Assembly (NCBI GenBank): GCA_963727825.1
Contig: CAVSHO010000009.1
Span: forward strand, 480,001-544,000
Source of the DNA: Ignavibacteriota bacterium
Lineage (GTDB): Bacteria; Bacteroidota; Ignavibacteria; UBA10030
Direction: 5' to 3'
DNA length: 64,000 nt
This document shows positions 33,379 through 41,676 of the stretch, in pieces; the first letter of the stretch is position 1; each line of letters starts with the position of its first letter. The notes under the pieces are model-generated. The model did not search any database. It saw only the letters and a list, made by a program, of their open reading frames with translations, and had not been told where the DNA came from. The position numbers and the translations under genes were made by a program.

Positions 33379-34322
33379 TAATGGATCCGCCGCGAAATAT
33401 CGTGCGTGAGACGAAGATAAAGTACAAATGTCAAAAAGAAGAGCGAAGCAAAACCGATTAATTCGAAAATCATTATAGGTGCATCGGATGTCGTTTGTGT
33501 GGCTGTCAATAGATTATCATCCTGCAAACCATAAAAGGAAGCGAGTACCGCCATAAGATTATTGAAAAAGTGCGCCGATATCGGCACCAACAAACTTTGC
33601 GAACGATACCTAAGCAATCCAAAGAATACGCCTAACCCGATGAGCGGAACAACTTCAAATGGATTAACATGAAACAAGCCGAAGATAGTCCCTGCCAGCA
33701 CTGCCGATACCATCGGAGACATCAATCGTTCAAATATTTTTTGTATGAGCCCGCGAAACAGCAGTTCTTCTACAACCGCCGGCACAACCGCAACCACCAA
33801 AATCACAGCCATCAGTTCTAAGGGCGAGTCAGCACGAAGTAGAACTTTTGTTAGTTCTTCAAACATTTTTTCTATCGGTTCGATGATTTCACGAAGTATT
33901 TCCGGCATCGGAACACGTTCTTGGAAATACATATATACTTCAAATACACGCTGCAATGAAAAAAGCGCTAAAAGTGCAAGAGTTGATTCGCGCAGTCCAG
34001 GAACTCTAAATTGAAATACTTCACGTAAACGCGTGACGAAAAGCCGAGCCAGCAGAAAGGTTGGAATGAGAATGAAACACAACTGTCCCGCGAGCGTAAG
34101 CCAGCGCATTGTCCAAACATTATCGCGTGTAACCGAAGCCGCGCCCATAATGAGATACGCCAACACACCGCCGCCGATTTGATAAAGAAAGAACACGAAA
34201 ACTAAAGATGCAAATGCAAAAAAAAGCGGATGGATCGAATGCCGATCAACAAAGGAAAGTTTGCCAGCAATTAACTGTTCATTATCTGCTGATTCTGGAA
34301 TGTGTCCGTTGGATTCTGTCAT
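33378..34322 (-). CDS. CPBP (CAAX/Abi) family intramembrane protease
   Basis: EELLFRG, FGLFH, HFFNN; multiple TM helices. Confidence 0.92.
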   Translation of the reverse strand: MTESNGHIPESADNEQLIAGKLSFVDRHSIHPLFFAFASLVFVFFLYQIGGGVLAYLIMGAASVTRDNVWTMRWLTLAGQLCFILIPTFLLARLFVTRLREVFQFRVPGLRESTLALLALFSLQRVFEVYMYFQERVPMPEILREIIEPIEKMFEELTKVLLRADSPLELMAVILVVAVVPAVVEELLFRGLIQKIFERLMSPMVSAVLAGTIFGLFHVNPFEVVPLIGLGVFFGLLRYRSQSLLVPISAHFFNNLMAVLASFYGLQDDNLLTATQTTSDAPIMIFELIGFASLFFLTFVLYLRLTHDISRRIH

Positions 34323-35278
34323 CTGGAAGAAAGCTGAGCCTTAATCATTGCGGCGAGCAGCGGAAACATGATTTCATGATGCCCTGTAAAGTTATAACCC
34401 CTCCCGAATTTTTGAGTCGGCCGTTCAACAACGTTCATTTGTGGTCGGTATTGGCGTATCATATCGAAGTTTGCAGTAGAGAATCCTTTCGCTTTGTAGC
34501 CGAGGTTACGCGCAACAGTAAGAGCTTTCAGAAAAACCTCCGGCATAATCACCGCAGATCCAAAGTTGAGCACAACACCGCCATTAATTAGATTCTTAAT
34601 GGAATTCACAAACACTTTGAAATCGCGATAACTCAACTCACCCGTCGCCGCGCCATCCATCGTAGCCTGCTGATGAATGATATCCGTACCAATCGCTGCA
34701 TGCACAGTTACCGGAACACCAAGTTCATAGCACTTGGCAAGAATACTTAAGTTTCGGTTTCGTGCCTTCACTGCAATAATTTTCTTCCCAAGCGTTTCGC
34801 CGTAACCCCCATTTGATTCTTTCATTCCTTTCGTAAGCGCGAGATTAATGAAGTCGCCGGTTTCTTTTGACATCCCAAATGTTCCATCCATCAAATTGGT
34901 TGCAACATCTTCCGAAGTCTTTCCCCATATCGCCGTCTCAACATCGTGAATTGAAGCCGCGCTATTCATCGCCACATGAGTAACAATACGAAGTTTGAGT
35001 AAATCAACAATGAGCGGTGAGAGTCCGACCTTAATTACATGCGCTCCCATCATCAGAATGACGGGTTTATTGTTTTTTCGAGCGCAGATGATATCGTTCA
35101 CCAAATCCCTCAATTCATCGGCAATAAGAATGTGAGGCAGTGAATTAGTAAAGTCTTTGAAGCTTGCACGCTTTGCGTTGAGTGGTTTAGCAAAATCCTT
35201 CGGCGTTACTTTGCTTTTACGCTTTTTAATGGAAATGGTTCTAACACCGGTGACATCTATTTGTTTGTATTTTGACAT
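34319..35278 (-). CDS. Conserved protein, deoxyhypusine-synthase-like fold, function unknown
   Basis: MGAHVIKVGL, TVHAAIGTDIIH, GSAVIMPEVFLKAL, GHHEIMFPLL. Confidence 0.6.
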   Translation of the reverse strand: MSKYKQIDVTGVRTISIKKRKSKVTPKDFAKPLNAKRASFKDFTNSLPHILIADELRDLVNDIICARKNNKPVILMMGAHVIKVGLSPLIVDLLKLRIVTHVAMNSAASIHDVETAIWGKTSEDVATNLMDGTFGMSKETGDFINLALTKGMKESNGGYGETLGKKIIAVKARNRNLSILAKCYELGVPVTVHAAIGTDIIHQQATMDGAATGELSYRDFKVFVNSIKNLINGGVVLNFGSAVIMPEVFLKALTVARNLGYKAKGFSTANFDMIRQYRPQMNVVERPTQKFGRGYNFTGHHEIMFPLLAAMIKAQLSSR

Positions 35279-35307
35279 AATTCTCTGTGCCTGTTTTGAT
35301 TTTTAAT

Positions 35308-36117
35308 TTATTCTACCTTTGCTTTAATCTGTCCATTGATGCCAGAATATTCTCGCAACTCTGCATCGATGGAACCAACAATGACTTTCGTACTCACTTT
35401 CACTGGAATCTTCCGTTCATCATTTGTCATCCAAATAATGATATGTCCTTCACTTTTAAATAATCCGCCTTCCATAATCAGCGGTTCCACTAATACACAA
35501 TTGAATTTCCCTGCGTCTACAGAAATTTGCTGATACCCAAGAAATTTTACCGCAAGCTGGTAAGTAGTGTCTTTAAAGAAATTCTGCAGGAGTATTTTTT
35601 CACCTGGACGGCACTTCGAATAATTTAAAGTTCGCACATAAAACATTGCTGAAACTACATCATGCACATATGGCGGAATCGGATAACTGCCGGCTTTTGT
35701 GGTCGCAATATTATTCAATTGATCGAATTCAGCGGCAAAATCGTTACTATACTTGCCCTCCCGAATTCGCTGCGTAAATCGCCACGGAAAAATTCCTTTC
35801 TTATCCAGTATAGTTTCATAGCGATCGTCAACCTTATAAAAAAAGGAAAATGTTGGCGTAGAGTTTACCGTAAAGACTACTTGATAGCATTCTCTTCCGT
35901 GCGTTGTGTCAATCGAAGGGATCGAAAACACAGCATCTCCTGCTTTAATAAAACTATAATCAACATCGTACACTAATCGTTCGCCAATTGCAAATGCGGA
36001 TTGGTCTATAGTACGGAGATCAACAAGGGATTTTGACCGGATCGTATCCTGCGCTTGTAAATAAGAAATAGTAAGGGAAAACAAAGAGAGAATCAGGATG
36101 TTCAAAATTTTCTTCAT
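35308..36117 (-). CDS. DUF3108 exported protein
   Basis: Signal peptide; AFAIGERLVY, FFYKVDDRYET, IWMTNDERKIPVK. Confidence 0.8.
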   Translation of the reverse strand: MKKILNILILSLFSLTISYLQAQDTIRSKSLVDLRTIDQSAFAIGERLVYDVDYSFIKAGDAVFSIPSIDTTHGRECYQVVFTVNSTPTFSFFYKVDDRYETILDKKGIFPWRFTQRIREGKYSNDFAAEFDQLNNIATTKAGSYPIPPYVHDVVSAMFYVRTLNYSKCRPGEKILLQNFFKDTTYQLAVKFLGYQQISVDAGKFNCVLVEPLIMEGGLFKSEGHIIIWMTNDERKIPVKVSTKVIVGSIDAELREYSGINGQIKAKVE

Positions 36118-36164
36118 TCACAAAACCTATATATATCAAACACTAATTTTCTACTTATCGATCA

Positions 36165-37190
36165 TTAATCGCTTGTTGCTAATTTTACCGCCGCTTCCAG
36201 AACTTGTTTCACGGTTATCTGTTCCATACAATCACTTCCCCGACACTTGCCGCCCTTGCAACGTGGACATTGTATTGGGTCGGGAACAAATATTGCTTTC
36301 TTGTTAGTCAGCGGGCCCCAGCGTTTAGGACTCATCACGTGTACTGGTGCAAAAAATCCCACAACCGGAGTTCCAACTGCTGCTGCAATATGCAACGGAC
36401 CGGTAGAATTTGCCACAAATAACTTTGCCGTTTGAATGAATGCTGCAAATTCTTTTAAACTCAAATCACTGACGAAAGACTTCACCCCTTCTCCAGCGTT
36501 GTGAGCTACAGTATACACCAATTCTGTTTCAGCTTTTCCGCCAGTAATAACAACATAAAATCCACGTTTCTTCAATTCAGAAGCAAGCAGCGCAAAGTTT
36601 TCCGGTTTCCAATCGTGCGCCGAACCACCGCTGCCGGGATGCAACAATACTAATCGGTCAGTATCCAAAATTCCAATTGATTTGCGTATTTCAGAAGCTG
36701 TTTCTCTTTCTTGTTCGGAAATTATGATCTTTACTTCAGGCTTCCACGATACTGTACATCCCAAACCTTTTAAAAGTGAAAGATTATATTCAGCTTCATG
36801 CTTCTCTACGGTTTTGCGATGCTCGAAAATTTTTCTGTTGAATAAAAACGAATACCATCGGTAACCGGTTCCGACGCGGATCGGGATTCGTGCCAACCAT
36901 AATAAAAGAGCAATTCGGAACCTTGGAAATGCGACTACAGCCGCATCAAACTGTGCGCGGCGAAGTTCCGTCAGCATCTCAAAGAATGGCTTTGGCGCCA
37001 CTTCTCTATTATAGTAAAGAACGTTTGCAATTCCTTCCACCAAGCTCTCTGTATATGAATTCAACAACATTGCAACGCGTGCACTGGGAAAATTCGACTT
37101 CAGCGCTTCGATTGTAGGGAGTGTAAGGATCACATCTCCGATGCGGTCGGTTCGAACGACTAAAATATTCTGCAAGAGCTGTTTTTTCAC
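36165..37190 (-). CDS. Glycosyltransferase family 9 (LPS heptosyltransferase-like)
   Basis: ILVVRTDRIGDVILTLP, HPGSGG, NSTGPLHIAAAVGTP; start placed at GTG 37190. Confidence 0.92.
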   Translation of the reverse strand: MKKQLLQNILVVRTDRIGDVILTLPTIEALKSNFPSARVAMLLNSYTESLVEGIANVLYYNREVAPKPFFEMLTELRRAQFDAAVVAFPRFRIALLLWLARIPIRVGTGYRWYSFLFNRKIFEHRKTVEKHEAEYNLSLLKGLGCTVSWKPEVKIIISEQERETASEIRKSIGILDTDRLVLLHPGSGGSAHDWKPENFALLASELKKRGFYVVITGGKAETELVYTVAHNAGEGVKSFVSDLSLKEFAAFIQTAKLFVANSTGPLHIAAAVGTPVVGFFAPVHVMSPKRWGPLTNKKAIFVPDPIQCPRCKGGKCRGSDCMEQITVKQVLEAAVKLATSD

Positions 37191-37420
37191 GCAATTAGTT
37201 GATGAATCTTGAATCAATATAATGAGCGATGGTGGGAGATGCAAGGAATGGGCGCCAAGAGCGTTGACTCTCCCCTAAACCTTTCCGATATTAAATTACT
37301 TATCTATAACAATCTGCATTTATCTCGCTCGTAAAAACAAGCGGGACTGCCCAGCTGTTCACACCGACATGAACGGCGGCAGCATTCGTTCAACAAAACA
37401 AAAAATACATAGGTGTCATT

Positions 37421-38752
37421 ATGAAACGTGCCAAAGTGATCATCATGGGCGCTGCGGGTCGGGATTTCCATAACTTCAACACCGTTTTCCGCAAAGACGA
37501 TCGCTACGAAGTCGTCGCTTTTACTGTAACACAAATTCCTAATATTGAAGAACGGAAATATCCCGCCGAACTATCGGGTGCGCTTTATCCCAACGGTATT
37601 CCAATTTTTCCGGAATCGGAATTACCACGCCTCATCAAAGAGTTAAATGTCGATGAAGTCGTCTTCGCATATTCGGATGTGCCGTTCAATTATGTAATGA
37701 GTAAAGCTGCTCTAGTAATAGCGTCTGGATCTGATTTTAAATTGCAGGGCGCTCGACCCACAATGTTGAAGAGTAAAGTTCCTGTCATCGCCGTGGTTGC
37801 TGTACGCACAGGCGCCGGGAAAAGTCAAACCTCACGCAAGGTGTGCAATTTGCTTCGCGCAGCCGGAAAGAAGGTCGTTGCTATCCGTCACCCGATGCCA
37901 TATGGCGATTTAGTAAAGCAAAAAGTACAGCGCTATTCTTCCATCGACGACTTAAAGAATTACGAATGTACAGTAGAAGAAATGGAGGAATACGAGCCGC
38001 ATATAGTCAATGGAACGATCATTTATGCCGGTGTTGATTACGAAGCGATCCTCCACGAAGCCGAAAAAGAGGCCGATGTTATTGTGTGGGATGGTGGAAA
38101 CAACGATATGTCATTCTATCAACCCGATCTCACCATCGTTGTCGCTGATCCGCACCGGGCAGGGCACGAAATATCTTATTATCCAGGCGCAGTCAACATT
38201 CATCTTGCCGACGTTGTCGTTATCAATAAAATAGATACGTCATCCAGAATAAATATTGATATTGTTCGGAAGAACATCGTCAGCGTTAATCCGAAAGCAA
38301 TAATAATCGAAGCGGCATCTCCAATAAGTGTGGAAGACGAATCGGTCATTCGTAATAAGCGCGTCCTTGTAGTGGAAGACGGCCCAACGCTAACACACGG
38401 CGAGATGACATACGGCGCCGGCCACGTTGCCGCTCGGAAGTACGGTGCAAAAGAGATTGTCGATCCGCGCCCATGGGTGGTCAATTCTATAGCTGAAACT
38501 TTTAAAAAATATCCACATATTGGAACGTTACTGCCGGCAATGGGGTATGGCGGAAAACAGATAAAAGATCTGGAAACAACTATTAACAGAGTTGAATGTG
38601 ATTCCGTCATTATCGGTACGCCGATTGATCTCCGCCGCATTATCAAGATCAAAAAACCAAGTACTCGTATTTATTACGAGCTGGAAGAAATCGCAAAACC
38701 GAATTTAAATGAGATTTTGACCGGCTTCATGAAGAAACATGGCTTGAAATAA
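37421..38752 (+). CDS. P-loop ATPase of the cyclic-2,3-DPG-synthetase-like family; probable arginine synthetase (ArcE-like)
   Basis: [54 protein letters not shown]; first gene of an OTC + carbamate kinase operon. Confidence 0.8.
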   Translation: MKRAKVIIMGAAGRDFHNFNTVFRKDDRYEVVAFTVTQIPNIEERKYPAELSGALYPNGIPIFPESELPRLIKELNVDEVVFAYSDVPFNYVMSKAALVIASGSDFKLQGARPTMLKSKVPVIAVVAVRTGAGKSQTSRKVCNLLRAAGKKVVAIRHPMPYGDLVKQKVQRYSSIDDLKNYECTVEEMEEYEPHIVNGTIIYAGVDYEAILHEAEKEADVIVWDGGNNDMSFYQPDLTIVVADPHRAGHEISYYPGAVNIHLADVVVINKIDTSSRINIDIVRKNIVSVNPKAIIIEAASPISVEDESVIRNKRVLVVEDGPTLTHGEMTYGAGHVAARKYGAKEIVDPRPWVVNSIAETFKKYPHIGTLLPAMGYGGKQIKDLETTINRVECDSVIIGTPIDLRRIIKIKKPSTRIYYELEEIAKPNLNEILTGFMKKHGLK

Positions 38753-38759
38753 TATTCTC

Positions 38760-38789
38760 TGTAGAGACGCAGCATGCTGCGTCTCTACA
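38760..38789. repeat. Perfect 30-bp palindrome, GTAG-type REP element
   Basis: TGTAGAGACGCAGCATGCTGCGTCTCTACA, intergenic. Confidence 0.8.
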
Positions 38790-38814
38790 ATCGCATTAAC
38801 AGGAGAACAAAATT

Positions 38815-39828
38815 ATGAAACGAGATTTTCTTACTATCGCTGATTGGTCGGGGAAAGAGTTGCTCCAAATCCTCGACCTTTCAAAAAAAATGAAGGCAGA
38901 TCCAAAAAAGTTTGCCAAATCATTGGAAGGCAAATCGGTTGCATTGATTTTTGAAAAACAATCGCTCCGTACTCACGTCACGTTCGAAATCGGCATCAAA
39001 CAACTCGGCGCAAATACTGTTTATCTGACGAATGCAGATATCAGTCTTGGCAAACGCGAATCGGTTTACGACACAGCAAAGAATTTGGAGCGATGGGTCG
39101 ATGCAATCGTAATCAGAACGTTTGCTCATAAAAATATCATCGATTTAGCAGCCAATGCATCATCGTGTATTGTCAACGCGCTGACGGACTTTGAACATCC
39201 TTGTCAGGCGGTTGGAGATTTTCTCACTATTCAAGAGCATCTTGGCTCTTTTAAAGGTAAGAAATTTGCGTGGGTTGGCGACGGTAACAACGTATGCCAC
39301 TCGCTTATGCTATTGTCGGTAAAAGTCGGAATGAATTTTACTGCAATCACACCAGCTGGATTTCTGCCGGATGCAGGCGTAATAGAACTTGCTAAAGAAA
39401 TTGCAGCTTCGACTGGCGCAAAAATAGAAATCTCAACAAATCCTATTGAGGGTGTACGTGATGCCGATGTTATTTACACGGATGTATGGGTTAGTATGGG
39501 ACAAGAAACTGATCGCGAAACAAAAATGAAAGCTTTCGCCGGATTTCAGGTCAATGCAGAATTAATGGAAAAGGCAAAACCTACTGCTGTTTTTATGCAT
39601 TGCTTGCCAGCGCATCGCGGAGAAGAGGTGACAGATGAAGTGATGGACTCAACTCAGTCCATTGTGTTCGATGAAGCAGAGAATAGGCTTCACACACAAA
39701 AAGCAATCATCTACATGTTGTTGAAGGGACAGAGTCGTGAAAAACTCAATACTCGTAGCGGTCGGCGGAAACTCTCTCATTCGCGCGGGACAACGCGGAA
39801 CAATAGCAGAGCAGCGCGAAAACGCTAG
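38815..39828 (+). CDS. argF: Ornithine carbamoyltransferase; true stop probably TGA 39738-39740
   Basis: FEKQSLRT, HPCQ, GDGNNV, DVWVSMG, HCLP, EAENRLH. The basic tail overlapping arcC by 92 nt looks like a frameshift read-through. Confidence 0.92.
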   Translation: MKRDFLTIADWSGKELLQILDLSKKMKADPKKFAKSLEGKSVALIFEKQSLRTHVTFEIGIKQLGANTVYLTNADISLGKRESVYDTAKNLERWVDAIVIRTFAHKNIIDLAANASSCIVNALTDFEHPCQAVGDFLTIQEHLGSFKGKKFAWVGDGNNVCHSLMLLSVKVGMNFTAITPAGFLPDAGVIELAKEIAASTGAKIEISTNPIEGVRDADVIYTDVWVSMGQETDRETKMKAFAGFQVNAELMEKAKPTAVFMHCLPAHRGEEVTDEVMDSTQSIVFDEAENRLHTQKAIIYMLLKGQSREKLNTRSGRRKLSHSRGTTRNNSRAARKR

Positions 39829-40675
39829 GATCACTACTGAGTTTATAGCTGGAATTGTTGGACGCGGATTTACGCTCGTCGTTACTCATGGAAACGGCCC
39901 GCAGGTCGGAGCACAGCTACTGCGCTCAGAAGCCGGTTCTTCTCAGACATATTCTCTCCCGTTAGATATCTGCGTGGCAATGACACAAGGTGAGATTGGT
40001 TTTGCCTTACAAAATTCCATGCAGATGGCGTTTCGGAAACATGGAATCAATCGTCAAGTAGTTACTATTGTTACACAGGTGGTTGTTGATAAGAACGATC
40101 CTGCATTTCAGCGTCCGACCAAACCGATTGGGCCATTCTATTCCAAAGAAACTGCAGAACGCAAACGAAAAGAGTTAGGATGGAGTATTATTGAAGATGC
40201 AGCTCGCGGTTATCGGCGCGTCGTTCCCTCTCCTCTACCGAAAGACATTGTCGAACTTGAAGTCATCAAAGGCTGTCTCGAAAGCAACATCGTTGTTGTT
40301 GCAGTCGGCGGTGGTGGTGTTCCTGTAATTTATGAAGATGGAGAAATGAAAGGTATTGAAGCAGTAATTGATAAAGATCGCGCATCTGCGATGCTCGCCG
40401 CTAAATTAGGCATTGAACATTTTATTATCTCCACCGAAGTATCTGAAGTATACATCAATTACAAAAGATCGAATCAGCAGATATTACGCAGCATCACAAT
40501 AGCGGAAGCAAAGAAGTATGTTGCCGATGGACAGTTTAGCGAAGGAAGTATGAAACCAAAGATTGAAGCTGCAATCGATTTTCTCAACAGTGGCGGCAAG
40601 GTTGTCACGATTACCGATCCGGAACATCTCATCGCCGCGCTCGATGGCGAAGCAGGAACGAGAATAACAAAATGA
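39737..40675 (+). CDS. arcC: Carbamate kinase
   Basis: VAVGGNSL, THGNGPQVG, PTKPIGPFY, RRVVPSP, GGGGVPV, EAVIDKD, GSMKPKIEAA. Confidence 0.96.
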   Translation: MKNSILVAVGGNSLIRAGQRGTIAEQRENARITTEFIAGIVGRGFTLVVTHGNGPQVGAQLLRSEAGSSQTYSLPLDICVAMTQGEIGFALQNSMQMAFRKHGINRQVVTIVTQVVVDKNDPAFQRPTKPIGPFYSKETAERKRKELGWSIIEDAARGYRRVVPSPLPKDIVELEVIKGCLESNIVVVAVGGGGVPVIYEDGEMKGIEAVIDKDRASAMLAAKLGIEHFIISTEVSEVYINYKRSNQQILRSITIAEAKKYVADGQFSEGSMKPKIEAAIDFLNSGGKVVTITDPEHLIAALDGEAGTRITK

Positions 40676-40728
40676 ACATCGTAGAATAGGGTTAATTTGT
40701 CCTTATTAAGCCAAATCAAGGAACGAAC

Positions 40729-41646
40729 ATGAAGCTTCAACACATCATCGAATCCCAGCAATTTACACTTCCGATGCTTAACGAACTATTTAATCTTGCA
40801 GATCAAATGGGAAGTATTGTCATACGCGGGGGTACGTTAGATTATCAACATAGAATTATGGCATCGCTTTTTTATGAGCCTTCGACTCGGACACGATTCT
40901 CTTTTGAGTCCGCAATGTTACGACTTGGCGGCAAGATCATGTCCACTGAACATGCACAGGATTTTTCTTCTGTTTCGTACGGTGAATCACTGGAAGATAC
41001 AATTCGTGTGGTCGGCAATTACACAGACGTTATCGTCCTCAGACACAATCAGTTGGGAGGAGCTAAACGGGCAGCGGAGGTTTCTTCTGTTCCCATTATC
41101 AATGCCGGCGACGGCAAAGGCGGTCAGCATCCGACACAAGCGCTACTTGATTTATATACTATTTACAAAGAAATCAAAACGATTGACGGGGTCAAAGTAG
41201 CTCTCGTCGGAAATTTATTAGATGGGCGCACTGTTCGTTCGCTTGCTTATTTACTTGGAAAATACGAACGCGTAAAAATTTATTTCATTGCACCGCCGGC
41301 ACTTCAAATGAAACAAGATATTCTTGATTATTTAAATCGCCACAATGTTTGGTATACATTAGAGAGCGACTTCAAAAAAATATTGCCGGAAGTTGATGTC
41401 GTGTATATGACGCGCATCGAAGAACAAAAGATCTCCGCAGCTTCAATAGAGGGACCATTCAAACGTTATTTCATTGACGAAGAAGTAATGAGATTCATGC
41501 GATCCAATGCAATTCTTATGCATCCACTACCACGGCTCAATGAAATTTCACCGACTATAGATACCGATTCTCGTGCGGCGTACTTCCGCCAAACCAAGAA
41601 TGGTGTCTTAATACGAATGGCTCTGCTGGTTTCTACGCTGGATTGA
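40729..41646 (+). CDS. pyrB: Aspartate carbamoyltransferase catalytic subunit
   Basis: FYEPSTRTRFSF, GESLEDT, NAGDG..QHPTQALLD, HPLPR. Confidence 0.93.
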   Translation: MKLQHIIESQQFTLPMLNELFNLADQMGSIVIRGGTLDYQHRIMASLFYEPSTRTRFSFESAMLRLGGKIMSTEHAQDFSSVSYGESLEDTIRVVGNYTDVIVLRHNQLGGAKRAAEVSSVPIINAGDGKGGQHPTQALLDLYTIYKEIKTIDGVKVALVGNLLDGRTVRSLAYLLGKYERVKIYFIAPPALQMKQDILDYLNRHNVWYTLESDFKKILPEVDVVYMTRIEEQKISAASIEGPFKRYFIDEEVMRFMRSNAILMHPLPRLNEISPTIDTDSRAAYFRQTKNGVLIRMALLVSTLD

Positions 41647-41676
41647 AGAATGTTGTAGTCGCCTACTTTGACTAAA

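Noticed and set aside
37421-38752. Annotation as cyclic 2,3-diphosphoglycerate synthetase
   Set aside because: No 2-phosphoglycerate kinase is adjacent, and the OTC + carbamate kinase context fits arginine metabolism better
39741-39828. Arg-rich C-terminal tail on OTC as a novel nucleic-acid-binding extension
   Set aside because: It is the off-frame reading of the arcC start; a GTGA start/stop overlap at 39737-39740 suggests a missing base upstream
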